A DNA stretch of 64,000 bases from NCBI GenBank assembly GCA_013178225.1, contig JABLXE010000015.1, forward strand, positions 1 through 64,000, read 5' to 3'. This document shows, piece after piece, positions 8,675-20,692 of this stretch (its first letter is position 1; the number at the start of each line of letters is the position of its first letter). The notes under the pieces are model-generated. The model searched no databases, had not been told where the DNA came from, and saw only the letters and a program-made list of their open reading frames with translations. This stretch comes from Methanotrichaceae archaeon. GTDB lineage: Archaea > Halobacteriota > Methanosarcinia > Methanotrichales > Methanotrichaceae. The translations under genes and the position numbers were made by a program.

Positions 8675-11092
8675 TCACTTCGCTGCGGAAATCTCTTTCT
8701 CCTTCTCCAGCACCTTCAGGGTGATCTTCATCACCGTGTCCGGATTGACCGATATGGAGTCGATCCCCTCCTGGACCAGGAACTCGGCGAAGTCGGGATA
8801 ATCGCTCGGTGCCTGGCCGCAAAGCCCGCTGTGTCTTCTGTTCCTGCGGGTCCCCTGGATGGACAGAGACACCATCTTCTTCACCGCCGGGTCCCGCTCA
8901 TCGAACTCCTGAGCCAGGAGTTCCGAATCCCGGTCAATTCCCAGGGTGAGCTGGGTCAGGTCGTTGGAGCCGATGGACATTCCGTCCACCAGCTGGCAGA
9001 ATTCGTCCACCAGAATCACGTTGCTCGGAATCTCGCACATGATGTAGATCCGAAGGCCGTCCTGGCCGCGCTTGAGGCCGTTTTTCTCCATCTCCTTCAG
9101 GACCTTTGAGGCCTCGTCCACCCTCCGGCAGAAGGGGATCATGACGATTACGTTGTCCAGGCCCATCAGCTCCCGGACGCGTTTTAAGGCTGCACACTCC
9201 AGGGCGAAGGCCTCCCGGTAGCGTTCATGATAGTATCGAGAGGCTCCTCTGAATCCCAGCATGGGATTGTTCTCGTCCAGCTCGAAGAACCTGCCGCCTA
9301 TGAGGTTGGCATACTCGTTGGACTTGAAGTCGCTTAACCGCACCACCACCGGCCGGGGGTAAAAGGCCGCGGCTATGGTCCCGATTCCCTGGGAGAGCTT
9401 CTCCACGAAGTATTCCTTGCGGTCTTCATAGCCGAAGGTCAGCTCGTCAATGGCCCGTCGGGCCTCCTCGTCCTTCACCTGATCGGGGTGAATCAGGGCC
9501 ATGGGATGAACTTTTATGTAGCTGCTGATGATGAACTCCAGACGGGCCAGTCCCACTCCGTCGTTGGGTATCATGGAAGTGGCGAAGGCCACCTCGGGGT
9601 TGCCCAGGTTGATCATGACCGCCGTCTTGGGCCGCACCAGGCCCAACAGATCGATCCTCTCCACCTTGAAGGGCAGGATTCCCTCATAGACATGGCCCAC
9701 GTCTCCCTCAGCACAGCTAACCGTCACCTCCCGGCCGGTCTGAATCTTGTCCATGGCCCCATCTGCTCCCACCACTGCCGGAATTCCGAACTCCCGGCTG
9801 ACGATGGCCGCATGGCTGGTGCGGCCTCCCTGGGAGGTCACCACTGCTGCTGCTTTCTTCATAACCGGCTCCCAGTCGGGAGTCGTGGTCGTCGAGACCA
9901 GGACCTCTCCTGCCTGAAACGCCGCGAGATGAGAGACATCCGGGATTATTCTCGCCTTTCCGCTGCCGATCTTTTCTCCAACGCTCCGGCCGGTGACGAT
10001 GATCTTTCCCTTCTCCTGCAGGTGATAGCTCTCTAAAAAGTCCATGCTCCTCTGGGACTGAACCGTCTCCGGACGGGCCTGGACTATGAACAGCTCTCCG
10101 CTTTTCCCGTCCTTTGCCCACTCCACGTCCATGGGCCGGTAGGCTCCCGCCTTTTTGGAGTAATGGTCCTCAATCTTGATGGCATAGTCAGCCAGTTTCA
10201 GCACATCGTCGTCGTTGATGCAAAACCGCCTCCTTTCATCGTCCGGCACCTCGATATTCCTGGTCAGGGCTTTCTCCGTTCCCTGACCGTAAATCAGCCT
10301 CATCTGCTTGGCACCCAGGCTCTTCTTGATGATAGGCCGAAATCCCTTCCTGAAGGTGGTCTTGAAGACGTAGAACTCGTCGGGATTGACCGCTCCCTGG
10401 ACGATGTTTTCTCCCAGACCGTAGGAGGCGGTGATGAACACGGCATTCCTAAAGCCGGTCTCGGTGTCGATGGTGAAGATGACCCCGCTGGTGGCCAGGT
10501 CGGAACGGACCATCTTCATGATGCCTATGGACAGTGCCACCTTGAAGTGATCGAAGCCCTGGTCTATCCTGTAGGATATGGCCCGGTCGGTGAAGAGCGA
10601 TGCGTAGCACTTGATGCAGGCCTCCTTCAGCTCATCGTAGCCCCGAACGTTGAGATAGGTTTCCTGCTGGCCGGCGAAGGATGCTGTGGGAAGATCCTCG
10701 GCACTGGCCGAGCTTCTGACCGCTACGTCCGGGTTGGGGCCGTACTGCTCTCCCAGGCGGTCGTAAGCCTCTTTGATCCCGGACCAGACCTCATCAGGGA
10801 TGCTGGCGCCCAGGATCAGGTCGCGAACCTTTCGTCCTCGCTCTGCCAGATCACGGACGTTTTCCTTGTCCAGGCCTGACAGTATCCGTTTCATCTCCGG
10901 CAGTACTCCTGCCACCTCCAGAACCCGCCAGTAGGCATGCGAGGTGGTGGCAAAGCCGTTTGGAATCTTCACCCCTTCTGAAGACAGTTCCCGGTACATC
11001 TCGCCTAAAGAGGCGTTCTTTCCGCCCACCACCGGAACGTCGTTAATGCCGATCTGGTTAAACCACAAAACGAATTTGTCATTTTTATCCAT
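8675..11092 (-). CDS. ppsA: Phosphoenolpyruvate synthase (pyruvate, water dikinase)
   Basis: The 805-aa protein has a PEP-utilising mobile domain with TSHAAIVSREFGIPAVVG (phospho-His), an N-terminal ATP-grasp-like region and a C-terminal TIM-barrel PEP/pyruvate domain. Confidence 0.9.
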   Translation of the reverse strand: MDKNDKFVLWFNQIGINDVPVVGGKNASLGEMYRELSSEGVKIPNGFATTSHAYWRVLEVAGVLPEMKRILSGLDKENVRDLAERGRKVRDLILGASIPDEVWSGIKEAYDRLGEQYGPNPDVAVRSSASAEDLPTASFAGQQETYLNVRGYDELKEACIKCYASLFTDRAISYRIDQGFDHFKVALSIGIMKMVRSDLATSGVIFTIDTETGFRNAVFITASYGLGENIVQGAVNPDEFYVFKTTFRKGFRPIIKKSLGAKQMRLIYGQGTEKALTRNIEVPDDERRRFCINDDDVLKLADYAIKIEDHYSKKAGAYRPMDVEWAKDGKSGELFIVQARPETVQSQRSMDFLESYHLQEKGKIIVTGRSVGEKIGSGKARIIPDVSHLAAFQAGEVLVSTTTTPDWEPVMKKAAAVVTSQGGRTSHAAIVSREFGIPAVVGADGAMDKIQTGREVTVSCAEGDVGHVYEGILPFKVERIDLLGLVRPKTAVMINLGNPEVAFATSMIPNDGVGLARLEFIISSYIKVHPMALIHPDQVKDEEARRAIDELTFGYEDRKEYFVEKLSQGIGTIAAAFYPRPVVVRLSDFKSNEYANLIGGRFFELDENNPMLGFRGASRYYHERYREAFALECAALKRVRELMGLDNVIVMIPFCRRVDEASKVLKEMEKNGLKRGQDGLRIYIMCEIPSNVILVDEFCQLVDGMSIGSNDLTQLTLGIDRDSELLAQEFDERDPAVKKMVSLSIQGTRRNRRHSGLCGQAPSDYPDFAEFLVQEGIDSISVNPDTVMKITLKVLEKEKEISAAK

Positions 11093-11399
11093 CTAATTCC
11101 ACTCCAGGGCTTAATTCACATTCTATAAATCGAAGTTCTCTGCTCAACGGTCTCGGTTCAAAATATTTACTAATATCATTATTCCCACCTCAGGTATAAG
11201 AAATTTTTTTGAAGCTTCAAACCCAAAATGAATTTCAGAGATGGCATCAGCAGTCATCACCGCCAAAAGATCTAATAATATTAGGGCGTTTATTCTGAGA
11301 ATTCCTATAAACCCACCCGTGACCTTGTTATGAAAAATTATATATACTAACAATACTATTCTATACTATGGATTCTTTTACTACCTGGATGTTGAGGGG

Positions 11400-12330
11400 G
11401 CTTAATGCGAAGCAAGGTAAGTCCGGTTGTCGCAGATATCCGATTTGATCGATTGGGTGCCAATTAGATATATACTTGACGAAATGTATAATAATAAGAG
11501 TGAAAAGGGTGGACGGCCCAACTGCGACGTTATTCTGATGTTCAAGATTCTAATTCTTCAACAATGGTACGGCTTGAGCGATTTAGAAGTTGAAAGGCAA
11601 ATGGCTGACCGAATTTCGTTCATGGCGTTTCTTGGTTTTCCGGACCCGTTCCCCGATTCGAGGACCATATGGCTATTCAGAGAACGCATGGCGAAGAGCG
11701 GAAAAGATGAAATCGTCTGGGCAGAGCTTCAAAGACAGCTGGACGCCATGGGGCTAAAAGTTAAGCGTGGAACGATTCAGGACGCCACATTCATTGAAGC
11801 AGATCCTGGTTCATCAAAGAAGCTTCGCGGCGACAATGCCAAGACTCGTCGCAGCCGAGATGGTACTTGGGCCAAGAAAGGAAATGAAACTCATTTCGGC
11901 TATAAGTTTCACGAAAAAAACGATATCGATTACTGTCTAATACGAGAAATTGAAACCACTACGGCATCGCTGCACGATAGTCAGGTTGATCTATCTACGG
12001 AAGGCGAAATTGTGCTCAGAGACAGAGGCTATTTCGGTGTGAAGGCGAAGGGTAATGATTTTACCATGAAGCGCAGAACTTCAGAACGGCCTCTTGATAA
12101 ACTCGATAAAGAACGCAATCGGTTGATTAGCAGTATAAGATCACCAGGCGAAAGACCTCATGCTGTGATAAAGAGAGTTTTTGGGGCAGGAAGAGTATTG
12201 GTTACTACAGTCAAGAGAGTTAGTGTTAAGATGATGGTTGCAGCATTTGCTTTTAACCTTTATCAACTCTGCACTCTGAAAAATGCCAGAATCATTTAAC
12301 TTAGCGGAAGCTATCGATGAATGATGTGGA
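11400..12330 (+). mobile_element. IS5-family insertion sequence (ends not resolved)
   Basis: The transposase gene sits alone between ppsA and unrelated genes. I could not identify terminal inverted repeats by eye, so the bounds are approximate. Confidence 0.4.
11427..12299 (+). CDS. IS5-family DDE transposase
   Basis: The N-terminal block (GGRPNCDVILMFKILILQQWYGLSDLEVE...SFMAFLGF) is IS5/IS4-type. DDE-region motifs DATFIEAD and DRGY are present. Confidence 0.8.
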   Translation: MSQISDLIDWVPIRYILDEMYNNKSEKGGRPNCDVILMFKILILQQWYGLSDLEVERQMADRISFMAFLGFPDPFPDSRTIWLFRERMAKSGKDEIVWAELQRQLDAMGLKVKRGTIQDATFIEADPGSSKKLRGDNAKTRRSRDGTWAKKGNETHFGYKFHEKNDIDYCLIREIETTTASLHDSQVDLSTEGEIVLRDRGYFGVKAKGNDFTMKRRTSERPLDKLDKERNRLISSIRSPGERPHAVIKRVFGAGRVLVTTVKRVSVKMMVAAFAFNLYQLCTLKNARII

Positions 12331-12677
12331 AAAAGGGTTATTCAAGGAAGTTGAGCGCGTTTAGAACGGAATTGGTGCCAACCTCTGAGATTAACTCCCA
12401 AACGCTTGGTAAATAGGAATCCTCTTCTGTCTTAGATCATGATCCTTCGCCCCATATTCCAAAGGCCGCTTCCCGAAGGCCTCAAGGAATTGCACGACCT
12501 GGCTCTGGACTATATGAGTTTATACCGCGCTCAGGTTCCTGCAGACCGCCCGGCAGGGGATTTCACCCCCAGGACCATCCCTCATCGTCCCGAGGTCAGC
12601 GTGCCCGGAGAGGCCGTTTGCATCCTGTGGTATAAATAGCATTATCGTGAACTTCTGTTCTATTCCGGGCATCAGAG

Positions 12678-13142
12678 ATGAATAGACCGCACACTCGTCC
12701 ATTTCCTGAGAGGCTGGACTCAGCTTTTCAGTCTGCTACCTTCCAGGCCCTGACCATAGGCGTTCCCTTCTGCGCCTTCAAGCTGCTCTTCGGCGCGCTC
12801 GCGCTGCGGACAGGTCTTATCATATTCGGATATCTGATACTTTTTTGGGCCGGCGCAGATCTGGCAATGAACCTGACCCGCATCATCTATGATCTGTCAG
12901 GCAGGGCCTCGCCTATCGAGTACTGCACCTTAGCCCAGGCGGGACGAATCTTCAGCCGGCCTAAGCTCTTCCTGGCGATGGACACCGGAATCTCATTCGG
13001 CATCATCTGCCTGGTCCTGTGGTCCGGCTGGATCAAGCTGCTGAGCCTCTCCGAAGCTTATCTGTGGTACGCGGCCACCACCCTCAACCTGATGGGAATC
13101 GCCGTCGTCAACGTCTGGCTGGAATACCGCAGGCGGAGCTGA
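12678..13142 (+). CDS. Hypothetical four-helix membrane protein
   Basis: Hydrophobic segments and coding composition. It lies directly upstream of tgt. Confidence 0.4.
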   Translation: MNRPHTRPFPERLDSAFQSATFQALTIGVPFCAFKLLFGALALRTGLIIFGYLILFWAGADLAMNLTRIIYDLSGRASPIEYCTLAQAGRIFSRPKLFLAMDTGISFGIICLVLWSGWIKLLSLSEAYLWYAATTLNLMGIAVVNVWLEYRRRS

Positions 13143-13221
13143 CCTCTGTCCTGGGGCCCTCCAGCCGGGGCCGGCCGGCAGGATAAAGGTTTAATCCTCC
13201 TTGAAAGATGTAAGCCCCTGA

Positions 13222-15194
<1,973 letters not shown>

Positions 15195-15410
15195 AATACC
15201 AGCCTCGAACCAACAAGCTGGCGGCCAGGCAAGCGGCTGCGATTAACGAAGTCTATAAAACTGGGGGGGTAGATCTGGGGGCCTTTTGCCACTTGCCTTT
15301 TCACGAAACCTGATTGGCCCTCCAATTTTGGCAGCCAGCATCTAAAAATGCCGGGTTAGTCAGCAAGCATTTCCCAAAACCTTTATCCTTTTTGATGACG
15401 CATTGCCATC

Positions 15411-16967
15411 ATGAAGTTGGCAGCTCTTCTAATATTGCTGGCAATGCTGTCGTTGCCAGCAGAGGCCGATGAGATTGACCAATTGATCAAGGGCCTCGAA
15501 GATCAGAGCAGTGATACCAGAGCAGCATCAGCCAGTTCTCTTGGTGATTTGGGCGATCCCGGAGCAGTTGTTCCATTAAGCGATGCCCTAAGCGATGAGG
15601 ATAGCTGGGTGCGAGCATCGGCCGCAGAGGCCCTGGGGAGAATAGGGGATAAAAGGGCCGTAGATCCTCTCATTGCAGCTCTTAAGGATGACGACTCATA
15701 CGTCCAAATGGCAACAATAAGGGCCCTGGGCAAGATCGGCGATGAGAAGGCTTGCACTCCTCTGCTTGCAGCTCTAATTGAGTCCATGAAGAATGACCAG
15801 GTTGAGGTTGCCAACGAAGCTGCAGATAACCTTGGCAGCATAGATGATCCCAAAGCAACCGACTCCCTCATTCAGGCGCTCGAGAGTGACGACTCAGGGG
15901 TTAGAACAAGGGCTGCCGCTACTCTTGGCGACATTGGAGATTCCAGGGCAGTAGATCCCCTGATCAAAGCTCTGGGAGATGAGGACGAGTGGGTCCGGGC
16001 ATTGTCCGCGGAAGCTCTTGGCATGATCGGCGATGCAAGAGCCGTAAACCCGTTAATCGAAGCCCTGTCGGACCGGGACAGAGACGTAAGGGCGAGTGCA
16101 GCAGCTGCTCTGGGCGAGATTGGAGACCCAAGAGCGGTAGATTCTCTCCTCGAAGCTTTTGAGAATCAAGATGACGACGTCCGAATTAGTGCGGCAATTG
16201 CCCTGGGCAAAATCGGCGATAACAAGGCCGCAGATGTCCTCACTGAGGCTCTTCGTTACGGGACTCCCAGTGATGTCAAGAGAGCTGCCGCAGAGGCTCT
16301 TGGCGATATAGGTGATCCTGAGACCACGAGCGCTCTAAACACCTACTGGACGGACCTGTGGCTCGTCGAGGGCACAGATGACTTTGATAAGATGGAAATG
16401 ATTTGGGTCGACTATTCTCTAGCGAAGCTTGGAGATGTAGATCACATTGAATATCTCACCGAAGATCTGGCGGACGAAGACGAGGAGGTTCGAGCTGCGG
16501 CCGTCCGAGCTCTCGCCAAAATCGGGGACCATGATACGTTTGCACTTCTCGCCGAGGCCTTGCTGAACGATAGCTGGATGATTCAGATGGCGGCTATATC
16601 GGCTTTTGGCGACAAAGGCGATCCTATAGCCGTAGAGCCCCTTATCAAGGCCCTTAACAGCACGGATTCGGATTTCCGGAGAAAGGCTGCGGAGGCTCTA
16701 GGTGACATCGGAGATAGTAGAGCAATCGAGGCTCTTTCAACCGCCAAGAGCGATGACGAAGCCGTGGTCAGAATGGCAGCTGCCCGTGCTCTTAAAAAGA
16801 TCAATCAAACAGAGATCGGGGATTCAAACACTTCGCTATACTCCGGGCCCCTGGATGACGGCAATGCCGCCCAGAGGCTCATTACCCTTAAGGGATTGCT
16901 GGATGACGGGCTGATCACAAAAGAGGACTATGACTCCAAAAAGGCCGAGATCCTAGAAAGCCTTTAG
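15411..16967 (+). CDS. Secreted PBS-lyase HEAT-like repeat protein with a C-terminal SHOCT domain
   Basis: A signal peptide is followed by more than twelve repeats of the pattern D..VR..AA.ALG.IGD..AV.PLI.AL. The C-terminus (LKGLLDDGLITKEDYDSKKAEIL) is SHOCT-like. Confidence 0.8.
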   Translation: MKLAALLILLAMLSLPAEADEIDQLIKGLEDQSSDTRAASASSLGDLGDPGAVVPLSDALSDEDSWVRASAAEALGRIGDKRAVDPLIAALKDDDSYVQMATIRALGKIGDEKACTPLLAALIESMKNDQVEVANEAADNLGSIDDPKATDSLIQALESDDSGVRTRAAATLGDIGDSRAVDPLIKALGDEDEWVRALSAEALGMIGDARAVNPLIEALSDRDRDVRASAAAALGEIGDPRAVDSLLEAFENQDDDVRISAAIALGKIGDNKAADVLTEALRYGTPSDVKRAAAEALGDIGDPETTSALNTYWTDLWLVEGTDDFDKMEMIWVDYSLAKLGDVDHIEYLTEDLADEDEEVRAAAVRALAKIGDHDTFALLAEALLNDSWMIQMAAISAFGDKGDPIAVEPLIKALNSTDSDFRRKAAEALGDIGDSRAIEALSTAKSDDEAVVRMAAARALKKINQTEIGDSNTSLYSGPLDDGNAAQRLITLKGLLDDGLITKEDYDSKKAEILESL

Positions 16968-17338
16968 TCCTTGAATCACGAGGGGACCGCGCCAGCACTT
17001 TTTGATCTTTCTAATTTCTAAATTATTGTAGCTTAAATACTATTGTTTGAGGCGATCTAAATTTTAAGATGGATTTCAAAGATGCAGTATTTCGATTCAA
17101 ATTATAGTTCAAAAAACCACCCATGAATCCCTAAATCACACCCGAAACATGAAAGCAGTATTGGCGCATAGAAGTCCTTGGCATGGGCGGTGCAGGCCGA
17201 GAATCTTTGTCTGGGACAATCGATCCCGATAAAAAACTGGCCTACGTTTCATGTACACCCGACTGCGTCTCTAGAACGCGAATGGTAATTCACTCAACAT
17301 TTTCGATCTGCCCATGCCAGGACCAGTGATATAATGTG

Positions 17339-17511
17339 ATGGACCGAGAAGTAGTTTGCGGGGCAGACATCCACAAGCAGTTTCTCTTAGCGACCGTCTT
17401 ATCCAAAGACAGTCAAAAGTTCTAGGACCGATTTGATACGAACTTCGAAGGGCTTCTGAATTTCAGACAATGGCTGCTAAATCACGGCTGCCGGAAATTA
17501 GCTATTGAATA
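17339..17511 (+). pseudogene. IS110-family transposase N-terminal fragment (in-frame TAG, then truncated)
   Basis: The translation MDREVVCGADIHKQFLLATVLSKDSQKF*DRFDTNFEGLLNFRQWLLNHGCRKLAIE matches the IS110-family N-terminal pattern (GIDVHK...F.NT..G...L..WL). Confidence 0.5.
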
Positions 17512-17558
17512 AAAGGAGGGATTATTCCGAGTATATACTTATAGCCCCATTTTCATAC

Positions 17559-18068
17559 TCATGGGTGCCCAATCGGGCATGAGAGTTTAGCTTGAAGTGA
17601 GTAGCCGCTTTCTTTCAGCAGCCGTCTCATCATATCATGACTTACTTTATGACCTTTTGATCGCAGTTCCTCAGCGATGGCATAGGTTGATTTGTATGCC
17701 CATCTGAGGAGACTCATAGGGTCGTCTGATGCGCTCTCGTCCATTATGGCTTTGAGGTCGATCGCTAGGTTTGGATCTCTATCCGCAGCTCGTCTTCGAC
17801 CACCACCTGGCTTACGAAACCTTTCAGGGAGTTTTAATTCCTCGTTGCTCTCAAGCTCTTGAATGCCCTTGTTGATAGTATTTCGTGAAAATCCGGTTAT
17901 AGCAGAGACTTTTGACACACCGCCCCATCCAATTTCAAGAGCTTTCACAGCAGCAAAACGCCTTGCCTAAATTGATTTTGCGTCAAAGACTAACGGCTTG
18001 CCAGACTCAAGCTCGGCTATTACTGATATCTTGAACTCTCGGTCGTAGCGTCGCCTCGTCTTCTTCAT
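17559..18068 (-). pseudogene. Composite transposase remnant: IS3-OrfA-like HTH (33 aa, ends in a stop) fused to an ISAzo13-family N-terminal region (129 aa, no DDE domain)
   Basis: MKKTRRRYDREFKISVIAELESGKPL is IS3 OrfA-like. The blocks RKPGGGRRRAADRDPNL...MDESASDDPMSLLRWAYKSTYAIAEEL...GYSLQA are ISAzo13-family N-terminal blocks. No downstream catalytic domain is present. Confidence 0.5.
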
Positions 18069-18296
18069 GCACTTCCCTCCAAGTTGACGTTGCTTAACTC
18101 ATTATCTACTCGGAGGGGTGCGCTCCAATCTGCGCTTCAGATCCTAGGAGTTACTGCGGTGATGAGATTCCACACCTTAGTCCTTCATTTGCTTATGTTC
18201 CTCCAATTAGTGGCAAGCGGTTATACATACACGGCCAAAGGTTTTTGTAAATATAGGATAATGATGCAGGATAGCTAAGCAGGAGGTGTATTTATC

Positions 18297-19781
18297 ATGA
18301 AAAGATATATAATATTAGCAGTCTTGCTCATAATGTTAATAGGAACCGGCTTTGCAGAGAATGTGGACATAGGTAATGTGAATGCCTTTAAACAAGCATT
18401 AGAAAAGGATGGGTTTACTGTACAACAAGGTGAGCTGGGTTTTTTTGATCTAATTAAACTCTATAATGCGGGATTGATACCATCATCATACGGAAACAAT
18501 CCTACCACAAAATATCTGGTATATTTCGTGCCGCCAGCACCAGGTTATAAAGTAAACGATAGATCGTCTAAAATAGCTAAAATGCTTGGCAAAAGCGGCA
18601 ACGCGACTGCCTACTGGAATCTTCGTCCAGATGAAGCCGTAATTTTCGTAGGAAGAACGCCCCCAGAATGTCGATTCTTCAATTTTGATGCTGATTTAAT
18701 ATTCAGGACGTATGGAAATGAGACTCGATGGATATGGGCCAATGTAGGCGATCCACTGAATCAGGATGTAATCAAGACAGCAGGAACGCTAAATGGATCA
18801 TCAGGGAATCCATTCAATCAAACTACAATGATAGTCGCTGCGGCCGATAAAGGCATAGATCAAAGGATACGCATCGCTGCAGAGTCCGCAGGATATTCAA
18901 ATGGCATCATCAATACCATGGTGCTTCCCTCACCCATGCTGAATATGGGAGTGGAGAATAATTCTGACACGTTTGGCATATACATCCGTCCAGCTCTATT
19001 TAAAAATAAGCAAGCTGGCAGCGATTATATCAATAATACGCCTGCGATTATTCTCCGAGTTACTCCAAATGAAACAGCACAGCTAGATCCATATAGCGTG
19101 CCGGAGCAGAGAGTCCGTGGAACTGGAAAAACAGAATTTAACTTAACGACCGATCTTGCTGAATTAAGGGATGCAATTCTCAATGAATACAGCGACTTGG
19201 AAGCCGCTGAACTTCCAACGAGTATGTGGATCCCAGATGGTAATGATGGTATCCAGAGAGGAATCAACATCTATGGACCTAACAACGATGCATGCTATCT
19301 ATGGACGGCAAATCAAACTGTCTCTTCACCGACACCACCTTTCAATAACATCTCGCTGTACTATGGGTTCTCGCGAAATCCACCAGTAACTTTGGGCAAC
19401 GATACTAATGACTTCATTATTGTGTATGGGGTTAACCATGTGGCCACAGGAAAGGCAACATACTCGAATTTCGCTATCTTTGGAGCCGATGTTTGGAATG
19501 GCGTTGGGGCAGTCACAGATCAAGACTTCAACGGAACCGCTGAGGCTTATCTACCCAACAACCCTGATGCAAAGTATCTTTATGTCTATAAGATAGCCAG
19601 GCACTCTAATGGCGATCCACATTGCTTTGAACTTCCTTACGGCCCAGATGGCTACGGCATAGGTCCAAACCAGCCGCTTTTCATTGCATTCAGGATTTAT
19701 CATGAAGAGGCTACGAAGACTGGGCCGTCCTATTCAGAGATCATGTACGATCGGGCCATAAAATTTAGCCCAAAGAAATAG
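18297..19781 (+). CDS. Secreted hypothetical protein (494 aa) rich in N-glycosylation sequons
   Basis: A signal peptide is present and there are many N-x-S/T sequons. GC content is lower than in the core genes. Confidence 0.5.
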   Translation: MKRYIILAVLLIMLIGTGFAENVDIGNVNAFKQALEKDGFTVQQGELGFFDLIKLYNAGLIPSSYGNNPTTKYLVYFVPPAPGYKVNDRSSKIAKMLGKSGNATAYWNLRPDEAVIFVGRTPPECRFFNFDADLIFRTYGNETRWIWANVGDPLNQDVIKTAGTLNGSSGNPFNQTTMIVAAADKGIDQRIRIAAESAGYSNGIINTMVLPSPMLNMGVENNSDTFGIYIRPALFKNKQAGSDYINNTPAIILRVTPNETAQLDPYSVPEQRVRGTGKTEFNLTTDLAELRDAILNEYSDLEAAELPTSMWIPDGNDGIQRGINIYGPNNDACYLWTANQTVSSPTPPFNNISLYYGFSRNPPVTLGNDTNDFIIVYGVNHVATGKATYSNFAIFGADVWNGVGAVTDQDFNGTAEAYLPNNPDAKYLYVYKIARHSNGDPHCFELPYGPDGYGIGPNQPLFIAFRIYHEEATKTGPSYSEIMYDRAIKFSPKK

Positions 19782-19875
19782 GTAAAAGGAGGGATATACA
19801 GGTTGGTCCGTATCCATGTATAACCTGTAAATCCATCCCTTCGTTTTTGGTTATCTTCAAAGCACGGGCACGAGG

Positions 19876-20514
19876 CTAAAAATTTCTTTGTAGTGCCTCG
19901 GCTGAGATATTTGGGAGCATTATTAAGGGAGAATCCTCGTATGCCTCTCTCGAAGCGAACTTCCAGCCGTTCTGTGTCTTTAGGAACTTATCCTGGTAAT
20001 ATCCTGTAAGTATCACGTTTATGCCTAATTCCATGGCTTTTAAAGGGCCAAGAGAAGCTGCAATGGTTTTGTTAGGGAAGGATCGCACTACACAGAGGTA
20101 CATCGTCGTTCCCTCTGCACCTGCTACATCAGTCTGGTTAAGGATGGTATTTGTCATGAAATGCCTGGTTTGATTGCCTTCAAAACTCGGCCCTAACAGC
20201 TGACGGCGCTCCTCGTTAGAGCTAGTCACAAGATTTGGAGTAGATGAGTCGCCATTGTAGACCGACCAAATTGCGTCATCGGTAAACAAATCGAGCCAGC
20301 TATCTAAATCCTTTGAGTCATAGGTATAACTGTAGCTGTAAATGAGATCCATGATCTCTTGGCGGTCAGCCGAGCTTAGAGTTGTATTAGAAGCTTCAGG
20401 GGATACGTTTTGCGCCACTACCATGAAGGATAGGATTCCAATTAATACCAACCAAGTTGATGGACTTGTTTCATTAAATTCCCTCCCTATTTTTGGTTTT
20501 AGGATTTTGCTCAA
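19876..20514 (-). CDS. Membrane-anchored or secreted SnoaL/NTF2-like fold protein
   Basis: An N-terminal hydrophobic helix is followed by DLIYSYSYTYDSKDLDSWLDLFTDDAIW (SnoaL-like). Confidence 0.4.
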   Translation of the reverse strand: MSKILKPKIGREFNETSPSTWLVLIGILSFMVVAQNVSPEASNTTLSSADRQEIMDLIYSYSYTYDSKDLDSWLDLFTDDAIWSVYNGDSSTPNLVTSSNEERRQLLGPSFEGNQTRHFMTNTILNQTDVAGAEGTTMYLCVVRSFPNKTIAASLGPLKAMELGINVILTGYYQDKFLKTQNGWKFASREAYEDSPLIMLPNISAEALQRNF

Positions 20515-20692
20515 CCTTGATTAATAGTTTGTCGGAGGCGCATGATTGACCTTTATCGTCTGCGTAGATCAAGCAAGGGAGTGCCTTGATACAGAGCCAA
20601 GAGCAACATTTCGATGTCGGACCTTATCGAGGGAATTTCCCATTATGACAATAACTGGATTTGAAACGCAATGATAATGTTCATAAGCTGTA

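Noticed and set aside
8550-10879. Antisense ORFs inside ppsA (8550..8822, 8591..9109, 8934..9197, 9488..10036, 9717..10121, 10163..10879)
   Set aside because: These are typical shadow ORFs of a high-GC gene. ppsA on the minus strand accounts for the whole interval with strong family motifs.
11144-11353. Small ORFs in AT-rich intergenic regions (11144..11353, 4411..4620, 23370..23615, 26127..26321 and others)
   Set aside because: They have low-complexity AT-driven composition and no motifs or ribosome-binding sites. I did not call them genes. The one at 26127..26321 is discussed above only as a possible displaced signal peptide of the M20 gene.
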